This document shows, one piece after another, positions 26,567 to 36,848 of a stretch of DNA of 58,714 nucleotides (within the stretch, counting starts at the first letter, position 1; the number at the start of each line of letters is the position of its first letter). The position numbers and the translations under genes are program-made. This DNA is from a virus. Taxonomy: Duplodnaviria > Caudoviricetes. The stretch spans positions 1 through 58,714 of the IMG/VR virus record IMGVR_UViG_3300043399_000459; one strand, 5' to 3'. The notes below the pieces were generated by a model. The model was given only the letters and a program-made list of their open reading frames with translations. It had not been told where the DNA came from and ran no database searches.

Positions 26567-26587
26567 ATCACTCACAGGACATAAGAC

Positions 26588-27190
26588 ATGGCCAACAAGA
26601 AGATCTCTGACCTAGACCCGGCGACGACGCCACTAGCCGGCTCGGAGCTGATAGAGTTGTCTCAACTCGCAGGCGGCGTCTACGCCAGCGTGCAGGCCGA
26701 TGCGGCGGACGTCGCCTTCGCCGGGACCAAGTACGGCTCGTTCTACGACGTGACGGACCAGACGGGCAGCGTAAGCGCCGCCACGGCCGTCAAGTTAGGC
26801 ACGAACGACATCAACACCAAGGGCGTGACCGTCGTGACCAACGGCTCGGCCCTGACCCGCATCACGTATTCGACGGCGGGGACGTACATGGTCTCGCCCA
26901 GCCTGCAGTTCGCCAACTCGGACAGCAGCGACCACGACGCCACCGTGTGGCTCGCCAAGAACGGCACCGCCATCCCGGCCACAGCTACCACTGTCACAGT
27001 CCCCAAGGCGGCTGACGGAGGCTCTGCCTTCTTCGCCACGGTCTTCTACGTGACAGTCACGGCGGGCCAGTACATCGAAGTCATGTGGCTGCCTGAGAGC
27101 GTGCTGGTGACGTTGAACCACACCCTCGCGGGCGCGATTGCGCCGGCCATCCCCTCGGCGCTTGTCGTCACGGAAAGGATCGACTTGTGA
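26588..27190 (+). CDS. Virion protein (C1q/BclA-like beta domain)
   Basis: KISDL N-terminus, YGSFYD.TDQ, WLAKNG, GQYIEVMW. Confidence 0.7.
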   Translation: MANKKISDLDPATTPLAGSELIELSQLAGGVYASVQADAADVAFAGTKYGSFYDVTDQTGSVSAATAVKLGTNDINTKGVTVVTNGSALTRITYSTAGTYMVSPSLQFANSDSSDHDATVWLAKNGTAIPATATTVTVPKAADGGSAFFATVFYVTVTAGQYIEVMWLPESVLVTLNHTLAGAIAPAIPSALVVTERIDL

Positions 27191-27549
27191 TCGAGCAACT
27201 CATCGCCCGCGTCTTCTACGCCCGCAACGTCGCCCACTTCGAGCACTGGCGCGCGACCGGCAGCGGCAGCTACGCCAAGCATCAGGCTCTGGGCGACTTC
27301 TACGACAACGTCATCGACGCGCTGGACAGCCTCGTGGAGGCCTACCAAGGCGCGTTTGAGCTGGTCGGCGGCATACCCGCGCCGGAGACCAAGACGGGTG
27401 ACGTCCTGAAGCTTCTGGAGGCAGACGCGGCGTGGATCGAGGAGAACCACGAGAGCATCTGCAAGAAGAACCGCGCCGTGGGCAATCTGGTTGACGGCGT
27501 GACCGACACGTACCTCTCCACCATCTACAAGCTGCGGAACCTGAAATGA
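27187..27549 (+). CDS. Ferritin/Dps-like protein (DUF5856-like)
   Basis: HFEHW...SYAKHQALGDFYD...LVEAYQG...YKL. Confidence 0.75.
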   Translation: MIEQLIARVFYARNVAHFEHWRATGSGSYAKHQALGDFYDNVIDALDSLVEAYQGAFELVGGIPAPETKTGDVLKLLEADAAWIEENHESICKKNRAVGNLVDGVTDTYLSTIYKLRNLK

Positions 27550-27815
27550 ACGACGTGGATTATCAAGTGCTGTTCAACATCGTCTTCGCCGTCGCCGGCT
27601 TTCTGGGAGGGTGGGTCTTGAACAACCTAGCCAAGTCTATCGAGCGGCTTGATGCGGACGTCCGCGCCATGCCTCACACCTACGTCTCCAAGGACGACTG
27701 GCGCGACGCTATGAAGGAGATGAAGGAGGAGATGCGCTCTGGCTTCGACAAGCTGGACAAGACCCTCGGCACCATCTTCAAGAAGATCGACGGCAAAGAG
27801 GACAAGGCCAAATGA
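27546..27815 (+). CDS. Single-TM lysis-cassette protein (holin/antiholin-like)
   Basis: N-terminal TM segment, YVSKDD, coiled coil. Confidence 0.6.
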   Translation: MNDVDYQVLFNIVFAVAGFLGGWVLNNLAKSIERLDADVRAMPHTYVSKDDWRDAMKEMKEEMRSGFDKLDKTLGTIFKKIDGKEDKAK

Positions 27816-28069
27816 AGCTGCACCTCATCGACGACTGGGCACGCAAGTGGTGGCGCCTGTGGTCCGTGCGCCTCAACGCCATCGGCCTCGCCATCCTCGC
27901 GTGGGTGCAGATCGACCCGGTCGGCGCGCTTGCCGTCTGGGCGATGATGCCCTCCGAAGTCCGCGCCGCGCTGCCCCCTAACTTTGTCACGGTGGTCGGC
28001 CTGCTGTTCTTCGGCCTCTCCATGCTGGCGCGCCTCGTCGTGCAGCCTAGGCTGGATCGCAAGCCGTGA
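27812..28069 (+). CDS. Holin
   Basis: LIDDW.KWWRLWSVR, two TM segments, ARLVVQ; precedes the endolysin. Confidence 0.75.
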   Translation: MKLHLIDDWARKWWRLWSVRLNAIGLAILAWVQIDPVGALAVWAMMPSEVRAALPPNFVTVVGLLFFGLSMLARLVVQPRLDRKP

Positions 28070-28617
28070 GCCTGCTTGACTACTTCCGCCCGCGTGCCGA
28101 CGGGCGCGCCGAGCCTATCTCGCCGCCGCGCATTCAGCCGATGGAGGAGCCAACGAGCGGGCGCGCGAGGCTGGCCAAGATCGTCGGCGCGGGCGCAGTC
28201 GCCGGCCTGATCGCCGTCGTCGCGCAGTGGGAAGGCAAGAGCAACGATCCATATCGTGACATCATTGGCGTGTGGACAGTTTGCTATGGTGAGACGCGCA
28301 CGACTATGCGGAAATATACCGACGCAGAGTGTAAGGATATGCTCGCACATGGGTTGGCAGACTTCGCGGGCCCTGTGCTGGCCCGCAATCCCGAATTGCG
28401 CGGGCGCGACCCGCAACTGATCGCAGCTACGTCACTGGCGTATAACATCGGCACACGTGCCTACAACCGCTCGACCGTCGCGCGCCGCTTCTCGGCAGGT
28501 GACTGGCGCGGAGCGTGTGACGCCTTCCTGATGTGGACCAAGGCGGGCGGGCGTGAGGTCAAGGGCCTCCGGGCTCGTCGAGAGGCGGAGCGCAAGATAT
28601 GCCTGCGTGGGTTGTAG
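28066..28617 (+). CDS. Endolysin, GH24 lysozyme with SAR-like segment
   Basis: WEG...YRDIIGVWTVCYGET (E-8x-D-5x-T), AYNIG, GLRARR.AE. Confidence 0.92.
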   Translation: MSLLDYFRPRADGRAEPISPPRIQPMEEPTSGRARLAKIVGAGAVAGLIAVVAQWEGKSNDPYRDIIGVWTVCYGETRTTMRKYTDAECKDMLAHGLADFAGPVLARNPELRGRDPQLIAATSLAYNIGTRAYNRSTVARRFSAGDWRGACDAFLMWTKAGGREVKGLRARREAERKICLRGL

Positions 28618-29009
28618 CGGTGCCCGTCTGGCTCTACGCCGCGGCAGGCGCGCTGGCCGTCGGCTCTGTCGGCGGCTGGGTTGTTCGGGACGCCTTCTGC
28701 GACGCGGCTAAGGCCGACGTCATCGAGAAGGCCATGAAGGCGGCAGAGAAGCAGGCGCAGCGCGCCAACGAGGCCGCCGGGCGGTTGGAGGATTACAGAG
28801 ATGTCAACGACCAAGACGCCATTGCCACGCGGCGGGAGATCCGGACTATATACCGCGATCGCGTCGTCCGCGTTGGCTGCGACATTGATCCTGCTTCTCG
28901 GGGGCTGCTCGACAGGGCGCGCGATAACGCCAATGCCGCAGCTTCCGGCGAACCTCGCATCCCCATGCCCGACGCTGCCGCCAATCCCCAACCCGCTCGT
29001 CAGCCCTGA
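28599..29009 (+). CDS. Inner-membrane spanin (Rz-like)
   Basis: N-terminal TM segment plus coiled coil, after the endolysin. Confidence 0.75.
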   Translation: MPAWVVAVPVWLYAAAGALAVGSVGGWVVRDAFCDAAKADVIEKAMKAAEKQAQRANEAAGRLEDYRDVNDQDAIATRREIRTIYRDRVVRVGCDIDPASRGLLDRARDNANAAASGEPRIPMPDAAANPQPARQP

Positions 29010-29100
29010 GCTTGACTTGTGGCTGGTTGACGTATTCGCCGCCTACGGGGAGTGCGCGGCCAAGCACCGCTTGGCGGTGGAAGCTCACCCCAAAAGCTGA
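28801..29100 (+). CDS. Outer-membrane lipoprotein spanin (Rz1-like), overlapping
   Basis: Lipobox LLLGGC, Pro-rich, PC...YGECA.KH; exact start uncertain. Confidence 0.75.
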   Translation: MSTTKTPLPRGGRSGLYTAIASSALAATLILLLGGCSTGRAITPMPQLPANLASPCPTLPPIPNPLVSPELDLWLVDVFAAYGECAAKHRLAVEAHPKS

Positions 29101-29112
29101 TATGAGGTCGAC

Positions 29113-29766
29113 ATGGCTACGACGATGACCTTTGAGACGCTGAAGCAAGACGTGCAGCGCTATCTGGAGCGCGGCAGCACGTTTGCGTCGGACCCCATCG
29201 TCTTTGAGCAGATACCGCGCCTGATCAACCTCGCAGAGCGGCGCATCGCGCGCGAGTTGAAGGTGCAGGGCTTCATCAATGTCGTGACGGACACGCTCAC
29301 GCCGGGCCAGTCCGTCTACCAGAAGCCTGACCGCTGGCGCGACACGGTCTCCATCAACATCGGCACCGGGGCAAACAACACGAAGCGCAAGACGCTCTTC
29401 ACCCGCGACTACGAGTATATGCGCGCATACTGGCCCGACGAGAGCGAGACGGGCGAGCCGATCTTCTACGGCGAGTATGACTACACCCACTGGCTGATCG
29501 CGCCGACGCCAGACGAGGCGTACCCCTTTGAGGTGCTTTACTACGAGTTGCCCCCGCTGCTCGACGAGAGCATCCAGACCAACTGGCTGACCGAGTACGC
29601 GTCGCAGCTTCTGCTGTACGGCACGCTGCTCGAGGCGACGCCATTCCTGAAGAACGACGAGCGCATCGCCACGTGGCAGGCATACTACGACCGGGCCGCC
29701 GCGATGCTTAACGGCGAGGATCTAGCCAAGATCCTTGACCGCGCGGCGACGCGCAAGGAGGTTTGA
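29113..29766 (+). CDS. Head-to-tail adaptor protein
   Basis: IPRLINLAERRI, IAPTPD, TNWLTE, LLLYGTLLEA.PFLKND. Confidence 0.75.
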   Translation: MATTMTFETLKQDVQRYLERGSTFASDPIVFEQIPRLINLAERRIARELKVQGFINVVTDTLTPGQSVYQKPDRWRDTVSINIGTGANNTKRKTLFTRDYEYMRAYWPDESETGEPIFYGEYDYTHWLIAPTPDEAYPFEVLYYELPPLLDESIQTNWLTEYASQLLLYGTLLEATPFLKNDERIATWQAYYDRAAAMLNGEDLAKILDRAATRKEV

Positions 29767-32564
29767 ACGTGAGCTATACCAACATTTTCGGTGGCACTAC
29801 CGTATACCCCTCCGACGTATCATACCTTGCGCTGGCGCTTGACGCGGACGTCACCCTCGAGTGGCCGCTGGAGAACTCCGGCGAGGCTCCCCCGGCGGCG
29901 CGCATCATCGACGTGACGCCCGACGCCTCGACGTGGGCCGTCTCCATGCCCAACGCCACGCTGACGGGCGCGGGCCAGACTGTGCTCTTCAACAACCTGA
30001 GCGTCACTGACAGTTTCGAGGTCAAGGACTACATAGGCGGCACCCTTGCTACGGTGGGCGCGGGTGAGCAGTGGCAGGTCTACCTCGCCGCGACGACCAC
30101 GGCTGCGGGCACGTGGCGCGTCTTCCGCTACGGCGCCTCGACGGCCACCGTGCAGCCATCTGCGCTGGCGGGCTTCGGCCTCGTCACGACGGGCGCGACG
30201 CTCTCGCAGTCCCTGCCCGTGACCACATTCAACACCAGCGGCCTGACGCTGGCCGTCTCCAACCGCGCCTCGGCCTTCGTCTGGGATGGCACGGGCAGCG
30301 GCACGCTCAACCTGCCGACCGTGGCGGCTGCGGGTAACAACTTCTTTGTCTTCATCCGCAACGCGGGCGGCGGCGACCTCATCGTTGACCCGGCAGGCAC
30401 GGACGCCATCAATGGCGCCCTGACGCTGGTCCTGCGCCCCGGCGACAGCGCTACGCTGATTACGGACGGGCTTGAGTGGTACACCATCGGCCTCGGGCAG
30501 GAGCCGGTATTCGCGTTCGACTACACGTCGATCACCGTCACGGGCGGCACCAAGACGCTGACAGGCTCCGAGCTTAACCGCATCGCCTACAACTTCGTCG
30601 GAACGCTGGCCGCCGACCAGTACATCATTCTGCCATCCACGGTGCAGCAGTACTGGATTACGAACGGCACGAGCGGGCCGTTCAACCTGTTCTTCCAAAC
30701 GGCCTCCGGCACCCCCGTCCAGATCAATCAGGGCGCGCGAGGCATCTACTACTGCGACGGCGTCAACCTCGTGCTGGCGTCTGACCCGCTCTCCATCACC
30801 ACGCCGCTGGTGATCAGCGAGGGTGGCACCGGCTCAACCACGGCGTCCGGCGCCCGCCTGAGCCTCGGCATCACGGCGTTTGCGGATCCGATCGTCACCG
30901 CCTCGAACGCCGCCGCAGTGCGCACGGTCATCAACGCCGCAGGCTCCGGCGCCAACACCGACATTACCAGCATATCCGGCCTGACGACGCCCCTCAACGT
31001 CGCGCAAGGCGGCACAGGCTCGGCTACGGCGTCCGGCGCACGCACCAACCTCGGCGCGGCGGCGTCGGGCACGAACACCGACATCACGACGCTGAACCCG
31101 GCGGCTGGCCTGCAAGTCGGCACGCCTACCGGCGGCGCGCAAGGCGCGGGCACGATCAACGCAGCAGGCCTGTTCGTCAACGGCGCGGCGGTCGGCACCG
31201 GCTCGGGTTCTGTGACCTCGGTCGCCCTGTCGGGCGGCACGACGGGCCTGACGGCTTCAGGCTCGCCAATCACAACGTCTGGCACCATCACGCTGGGCGG
31301 CACGCTGGCTGCGGCCAATGGCGGCACCGGGCAGACGACGTACAGCAACGGCCAACTGCTCATCGGCAACGGCACCGGGCTTACCAAGGCGACGCTGACG
31401 GCTGGCTCAGGCATTACGATCACCAACGGCGCAGGCTCGATCAGCATCGCGGCTACGGCTGGCGGCGGCGGCACGGTTACGTCTGTCGCCCTGTCGGGCG
31501 GCACGACGGGCCTGACGGTCACCGGCTCACCGATCACCACCAGCGGCACGATCACGCTTGCCGGCACGCTCGTTGCGGGCAATGGTGGCACCGGGCGCAG
31601 CACGCTCACTGCTAACTCTTTGCTGGCCGGTAACGGCACGAGCGCCGTCAACCTCATCGCCCCCAGCACCTCGGGGAACGTGCTTACGTCCAACGGCACT
31701 GCGTGGGTGTCGTCGCCCTTGAATTCGATTGGGCTTAGCGACGGGACGGCGGCAGCCCCCTCATTGTATTTCAATGCTGAGTCGGGGACAGGCGTGTACC
31801 GCCCCTCGGCAAGCACTCTTGGCTTTGCGGTGGGCGGCGTGTTCGCTGGTTCGATTACATACACCGCGAGCGGTGAGGGCAATGTAAAAGTAGGTGATCG
31901 GGCTGGCACCTCTGCCTCTGGGACACGCAATGTTGCTGTAGGTAGCTGGGCTGGATTTGATCTAACTAGCGCGAACAACACAACGCTGATCGGGGCGTCG
32001 GCTGGCGCAAATATCACGACTGCGTCAGGCAGCACATTTGTAGGGTTTAGCGCAGGCGCGAACGTCACCACAGCGCAGGACAATACCGCGCTAGGATATA
32101 ACGCGGGCAGCACCATAACATCTGGCAGCAATAACACATGCCTAGGTAACGAGGCGCAGCCTTCTTCGGCCACTGTCTCTAACACAATCACACTTGGCAA
32201 CGCTTCAATCGCCACCCTCCGGTGTCAGGTGACGACCATCACCTCACTGTCCGACGCGCGTGACAAGACCGATGTCGCCGCGCTCGACGCGGGGCTTGCT
32301 TTCATCAACGCTCTTAATCCTGTCCGCTTCACGTGGGACGCGCGTGACCCTGACGGCAAGCACGGCGAGGCCGATACCGGCTTCATTGCGCAAGACCTTA
32401 AGGCGGCGCAGGAGCAGCTTGGTATCGACATCCCCGGCCTCGTCTACGCAGACAACCCAGACAAGCTGGAGGCTGGCTACGGCAAGTTGCTCCCCGTGCT
32501 GGTGAAGGCAATCCAAGAGCTATCCGCCAAGGTCGAGGCGCTCGAAGCACAGCTTGGAGGCTGA
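29763..32564 (+). CDS. Tail fiber with C-terminal intramolecular chaperone (peptidase S74)
   Basis: GGTG repeats, duplicated VTSVALSGGTTGL block, SDARDK...GFIAQ...LVKAIQEL. Confidence 0.85.
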   Translation: MNVSYTNIFGGTTVYPSDVSYLALALDADVTLEWPLENSGEAPPAARIIDVTPDASTWAVSMPNATLTGAGQTVLFNNLSVTDSFEVKDYIGGTLATVGAGEQWQVYLAATTTAAGTWRVFRYGASTATVQPSALAGFGLVTTGATLSQSLPVTTFNTSGLTLAVSNRASAFVWDGTGSGTLNLPTVAAAGNNFFVFIRNAGGGDLIVDPAGTDAINGALTLVLRPGDSATLITDGLEWYTIGLGQEPVFAFDYTSITVTGGTKTLTGSELNRIAYNFVGTLAADQYIILPSTVQQYWITNGTSGPFNLFFQTASGTPVQINQGARGIYYCDGVNLVLASDPLSITTPLVISEGGTGSTTASGARLSLGITAFADPIVTASNAAAVRTVINAAGSGANTDITSISGLTTPLNVAQGGTGSATASGARTNLGAAASGTNTDITTLNPAAGLQVGTPTGGAQGAGTINAAGLFVNGAAVGTGSGSVTSVALSGGTTGLTASGSPITTSGTITLGGTLAAANGGTGQTTYSNGQLLIGNGTGLTKATLTAGSGITITNGAGSISIAATAGGGGTVTSVALSGGTTGLTVTGSPITTSGTITLAGTLVAGNGGTGRSTLTANSLLAGNGTSAVNLIAPSTSGNVLTSNGTAWVSSPLNSIGLSDGTAAAPSLYFNAESGTGVYRPSASTLGFAVGGVFAGSITYTASGEGNVKVGDRAGTSASGTRNVAVGSWAGFDLTSANNTTLIGASAGANITTASGSTFVGFSAGANVTTAQDNTALGYNAGSTITSGSNNTCLGNEAQPSSATVSNTITLGNASIATLRCQVTTITSLSDARDKTDVAALDAGLAFINALNPVRFTWDARDPDGKHGEADTGFIAQDLKAAQEQLGIDIPGLVYADNPDKLEAGYGKLLPVLVKAIQELSAKVEALEAQLGG

Positions 32565-32568
32565 ATGA

Positions 32569-34188
32569 ATGGCCGAGAGTATTGTTCCGATCAGATCACA
32601 GCCCGGCATCAAGCGGGACGGCACGAAGTTTGAGGGGGACAACTACGTCGACGGCCAGTGGGTGCGCTTCCAGCGCGGCCTGCCCCGCAAGATGGGCGGC
32701 TACCGCTCGATCAACAAATACCTGAATGGCGTCGTGCGTGCGCTCCACGAGTACACGCTCGACCAGATCACCTATGTCCACGCGGGATCCGCCAACCTGC
32801 TGGAGCGCTTCTTCATCGACGGGACGCTCAACACCAGCACCATCTCCGACCGCACCCCGACCACTCTCGCCCTGAGCGACGAGAACCTCTGGCAGTTCGA
32901 CGTCGACACGGCGCTGGGCGGGGGCTTGCAGATCGTGGCGCAGGTTGCGCCAAACCTGAACTGCATCTGCAACAGCGCGGGCGGGCAACTCTTCACCGGG
33001 GACGCCTTCGGCACAGGGCGCCTCACCGAGGTGACCAACTTCCCTTCGACATACAGCGTCACGGGCGGCGTCGTGTCCCTGCACCCCTACACCGTGGCAT
33101 TCGGCAGCGACGGCTTCGTCATGTGGTCCGTGCCGGGCGACCCGACGGACTTCACCGGCTCAGGCGCGGGCAACGCCTACGTTACGGGCCAGAAGATCGT
33201 GCGCGGCATGCCGCTGCGTGGCGGACCCGGCAACAGCCCCTCGGGCCTGCTCTGGTCGGCTGACAGCCTCGTCCGCATGTCTTTCATAGGTGGCACCACC
33301 ACCTTCCAGTTCGACACGATCAGCGCGCAGTCGTCGATCCTCTCGGCGCAGTCCGTGATCGAGTACGACGGTATCTTCTACTGGATTGGCACGGATCGCT
33401 TCCTGTCGTTCAACGGCGTCGTGCGCGAGGTCGAGAACAACCTGAACCTCAATTTCTTCTTCGACAACCTCAACTTTGCGCAGCGCCAGAAGGTGTTCGC
33501 CTACAAGGTGCCGCGCTACGGCGAAATCTGGTGGTGCTTCCCCTTCGGCGACAGCGAGGAGCCGAACCACGCGGTGATCTACAACGTCCGCGAGAACACG
33601 TGGTACGACACGGCGCTGCCCGTAGGCGGGCGCTCTGCCGGCCTGTTTCCCGCCGTGTTCCGCAGGCCGCTGCTGGCGTCCCCAGACCCGACGTTCAACC
33701 CCACGGACCTGCGCATCACGCAAGTCGACGACCCGCGCATCACCGAGCAACTCGACAACAACCGGATCACCGAGCAGAGCGGGCAGGCGCGCTACCGCTT
33801 CTGGGTACACGAGCAGGGCGTCGACGAGATCGACGGCCTCAACCGCAACCCGATCCGATCCTACTTCGAGACGGCAGACATCTCGCTTCCGGTTCAGGCG
33901 CAAGTCAGCCGCGCCACGCAGGTGCTCATGCTCGAGCCGGACTTCATCCAGTCCGGGCCGCTGACTGTGCAGGTGGTGGGGCGCGCCAACGCCCGCGCGC
34001 CGGAGGTCTTCGGCCCGATCATGACCATCGTCGAGACGCCGCAGACGCCGCAGGAGCAGGTCGTCTTCTTCAAGGAGCAGCGCCGCGAGTTGCGCTTCCG
34101 CTTCGAGAGCAACTGCATCGAGGGTGATTATCAGATGGGCCTTGTTCTGGCGCACATGCAGCCCGGTGACGGCACGGTACTCGGCTGA
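32569..34188 (+). CDS. Tail nozzle / DNA stabilisation protein
   Basis: PGIKRDGT, WVRFQRGLPRKMGGY, GEIWW.FP, YN..ENTWY. Confidence 0.72.
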   Translation: MAESIVPIRSQPGIKRDGTKFEGDNYVDGQWVRFQRGLPRKMGGYRSINKYLNGVVRALHEYTLDQITYVHAGSANLLERFFIDGTLNTSTISDRTPTTLALSDENLWQFDVDTALGGGLQIVAQVAPNLNCICNSAGGQLFTGDAFGTGRLTEVTNFPSTYSVTGGVVSLHPYTVAFGSDGFVMWSVPGDPTDFTGSGAGNAYVTGQKIVRGMPLRGGPGNSPSGLLWSADSLVRMSFIGGTTTFQFDTISAQSSILSAQSVIEYDGIFYWIGTDRFLSFNGVVREVENNLNLNFFFDNLNFAQRQKVFAYKVPRYGEIWWCFPFGDSEEPNHAVIYNVRENTWYDTALPVGGRSAGLFPAVFRRPLLASPDPTFNPTDLRITQVDDPRITEQLDNNRITEQSGQARYRFWVHEQGVDEIDGLNRNPIRSYFETADISLPVQAQVSRATQVLMLEPDFIQSGPLTVQVVGRANARAPEVFGPIMTIVETPQTPQEQVVFFKEQRRELRFRFESNCIEGDYQMGLVLAHMQPGDGTVLG

Positions 34189-34433
34189 TGTCACGCGGCG
34201 CTGTAAACCCATTCGGCATGACTTGGCAGCAGTGGGCCGATGCTGCTATATTAAACGCCAACGACACCTACGCCCTCGGCAAGGCCGGCGGCGAGGAGAC
34301 GTGGCAAGATTGGGCTGTGGGGTTTGTACGCGCGCCGGGTTATGCGCAGCGCACCCTTCCAGACCCCTACCAATTTTCGGATTGGCGCGAGTGGGCCATG
34401 CGCGTATTTCCGATGCTTGAGGGTGTGGACTAG
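34188..34433 (+). CDS. Small Trp-rich virion protein
   Basis: Coupled ORF; PDPYQF.DWREWA. Confidence 0.7.
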   Translation: MSRGAVNPFGMTWQQWADAAILNANDTYALGKAGGEETWQDWAVGFVRAPGYAQRTLPDPYQFSDWREWAMRVFPMLEGVD

Positions 34434-36848
34434 ATGAACTTTAACATTAATCCGGCACTCTTGCAGCAAGCCTCGGCACAGCAGGCTCTGGCACAGCAGG
34501 CTCTGGCACAGCAAGCCGCAACGCAGCAAGCCGCAGCACAGCAAGCCGCAGCGCCTTCGCTGGCCGTACAGCCTACTATGCAGGCCATGCAGACTGCCGC
34601 CCCGATGGGCGGCAGCAGCGACTTCTCATTGAAGCCGACCACGGCTGCCACCTTAGCCCCGCAGCCCGCCGCCATGGCAGCCCAGCCCTTTGCGATGCCA
34701 GCGCCCTCTCTGCCGGCGCCCTCTCTGCCGGCGCCCTCTCTGGCGGCGCAGCCCACTGCGGCTATCGGCGAGACGGCGAACGCCCTTCGCGTCTATACGC
34801 CAGCCAACTTGCAGACCGCCACGACGCCGCCCATGCCGACACCCATGATGTCAACTACGGCAGCGCAGCCCGCCGCGCCGCAGGCGGGCGTGCCCGTCCC
34901 CGGCGGGACGCGGTTCTCGCTGCTTCCCAAACCAGCGGCACCGGCAGGCGCGGGCGTGCCTGTTCCGGGTGGCCAGAGCTTCGCGCTCCCGCCCAAGGCG
35001 CCGACCAGCGCGCTGCCGACTACGCCCCCCGCGAATTACAACACCATGTTCGGCGGCTTCGCGCTGCCGCCCGAGTACGCGCAGCAGATACAGCAGCGGC
35101 AGGCCGATTACGCCGCCAAAAACACATACACGATGACGCGCCCCACGTCAGGCCTCAGCGCGGCGAACCTCGACTTCCAACTGCGCGACGGGCAGCAGGG
35201 CTTCCAGTTCGTCACGAACAAGGGCAACGCGGCGGGCGTCGGCAAGAAGGCCGCCGGCACCAAGGGCGCGGCTGGCTACGTCAACGAGTCCGGCTTCGTG
35301 CCGCTGGTTGATAACGCCGTGTACCGCATTCGCAACGAGAAGGGCAAGGACCAGATCCTCTACTCCGGCACTGGTGCCGAGGGGCTGAAGAACGTCTACG
35401 CCTACGCCCAGAACCTCTCTGCCACGAAAGGCAAGAAGGCCAACTGGGGCGTCGAGATGCAACTGCCCGGCGAGACGGGCTGGCGGCGCGTGGCGGACGA
35501 TGACCCGGCCAAGGGCACCCTCAGCAAGATCGGCAAGATCGTCGGCACGGCGCTGCCGCTCGGCGTGGCGTTTATTCCGGGCCTCAACGCGCTCGGAGCC
35601 ATCGCTGCCGCAACCGCTGCCGGCGGTGCTGGCGCGGCGATGGCTGGGCGCAATCCGCTCAAGGGCGCGATCATGGGCGGCCTGTCCGCAGCAGGCGGGT
35701 CTTTGCTCGGCCCAGCGCTTAACGTGGGTAGTAAGGCAGCCTCAACTGCTATCGGCACCGGCATCGGCGCGACGGCAGGCGGCCTCGCAACAGGCCAGAG
35801 CTTGCAGAACTCGCTGATCGGCGGCGTTACCGCTGGCGGCCTGTCCGCCCTCGGCAGCGAGTTGGGCATCGGGCGCAAGCCGGGCGCGGCTACCGGCAAC
35901 GGTGGGCCCGCCAACCTGCTGGAGGGCACCCCGTTCAACGGTATCGCGACCACGCCCGCTGGTGGTCTTGTTGGGTCGAGTGGTTTAGGTGGCGCTGGTG
36001 GCTCAAGTGCCTCTTGGGATGGTGATCAAATCGCAATCACGGCAATTAAGTCGCCCGGCGGCACGACTGGTGGCGCTCCCGGTGGCGTTACCGGGGGGCT
36101 TACCACTGGCGGAAGCAAGCCTGCCACGTATGACGAGGCGACCGACGAACTAAAGATCACCGCTGACAAGAAGCCGGAGCCAATCCCCGGCGCTGGCGCG
36201 ATGTTCGGCGCAAGCCCCGAGTTGCAACAAGCCGTCAAGGACGCCGTCGACAACGACCCGAAGAACAAGGACAAGTCGACTACCGAGAAGATGGCCGACT
36301 ACCTCCAGCTTGCCTCGCTGGTCATCGGCCTCGGCGGCAGCCTGTTCGAGAAGGACAAGACGAACAAGCCCGGCAAGATACCCTTCGGCTTTGGCCCCGG
36401 CGGCCTCGGAGGCCCCTTCGCAGGCGGCCTGCCTGCGCCCAGCATGCCCGGCCTGAAGCCCGGCGGCAGCCTCGCGGCGCGCCCCATGACCGACACCGAC
36501 TGGTATCGCTACGGCTACGGCCCCGAGCAGTCCTTCTTCGAGCACGTCGCGCCGGGCGCAGCCAACACCAGCCGCGCCTATACCGGCTACGCGACTGGCG
36601 GCTTCGCCGTTGGTGGACCCGGCGACGGGCGCGACGACAAGATCCCGGCGATGCTCTCCGACGGCGAGTATGTTATCGACGCAGAGACCGTCGCCCTGCT
36701 CGGCAACGGCTCAAGCAAGGCTGGCGCAGACGCGCTTGACGTATTCCGCACCAACATCCGCAAGCACAAGGGCCAGAAGCTGGCCAAGGGCAACTTCAGC
36801 GTCAACGCGAAGAAGCCCGAGAAGTACCTCAAGAAGGGACGTAACTAA
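34434..36848 (+). CDS. Internal virion / ejection protein
   Basis: Low-complexity N-terminus, Gly/Ala membrane segments, GPGDGRDDKIPAMLSDGEYV. Confidence 0.72.
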   Translation: MNFNINPALLQQASAQQALAQQALAQQAATQQAAAQQAAAPSLAVQPTMQAMQTAAPMGGSSDFSLKPTTAATLAPQPAAMAAQPFAMPAPSLPAPSLPAPSLAAQPTAAIGETANALRVYTPANLQTATTPPMPTPMMSTTAAQPAAPQAGVPVPGGTRFSLLPKPAAPAGAGVPVPGGQSFALPPKAPTSALPTTPPANYNTMFGGFALPPEYAQQIQQRQADYAAKNTYTMTRPTSGLSAANLDFQLRDGQQGFQFVTNKGNAAGVGKKAAGTKGAAGYVNESGFVPLVDNAVYRIRNEKGKDQILYSGTGAEGLKNVYAYAQNLSATKGKKANWGVEMQLPGETGWRRVADDDPAKGTLSKIGKIVGTALPLGVAFIPGLNALGAIAAATAAGGAGAAMAGRNPLKGAIMGGLSAAGGSLLGPALNVGSKAASTAIGTGIGATAGGLATGQSLQNSLIGGVTAGGLSALGSELGIGRKPGAATGNGGPANLLEGTPFNGIATTPAGGLVGSSGLGGAGGSSASWDGDQIAITAIKSPGGTTGGAPGGVTGGLTTGGSKPATYDEATDELKITADKKPEPIPGAGAMFGASPELQQAVKDAVDNDPKNKDKSTTEKMADYLQLASLVIGLGGSLFEKDKTNKPGKIPFGFGPGGLGGPFAGGLPAPSMPGLKPGGSLAARPMTDTDWYRYGYGPEQSFFEHVAPGAANTSRAYTGYATGGFAVGGPGDGRDDKIPAMLSDGEYVIDAETVALLGNGSSKAGADALDVFRTNIRKHKGQKLAKGNFSVNAKKPEKYLKKGRN

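Noticed and set aside
34450-34750. 15-bp tandem repeats (AQQAL, APSLP) as a separate element
   Set aside because: Low-complexity coding sequence at the N-terminus of an ejection protein.
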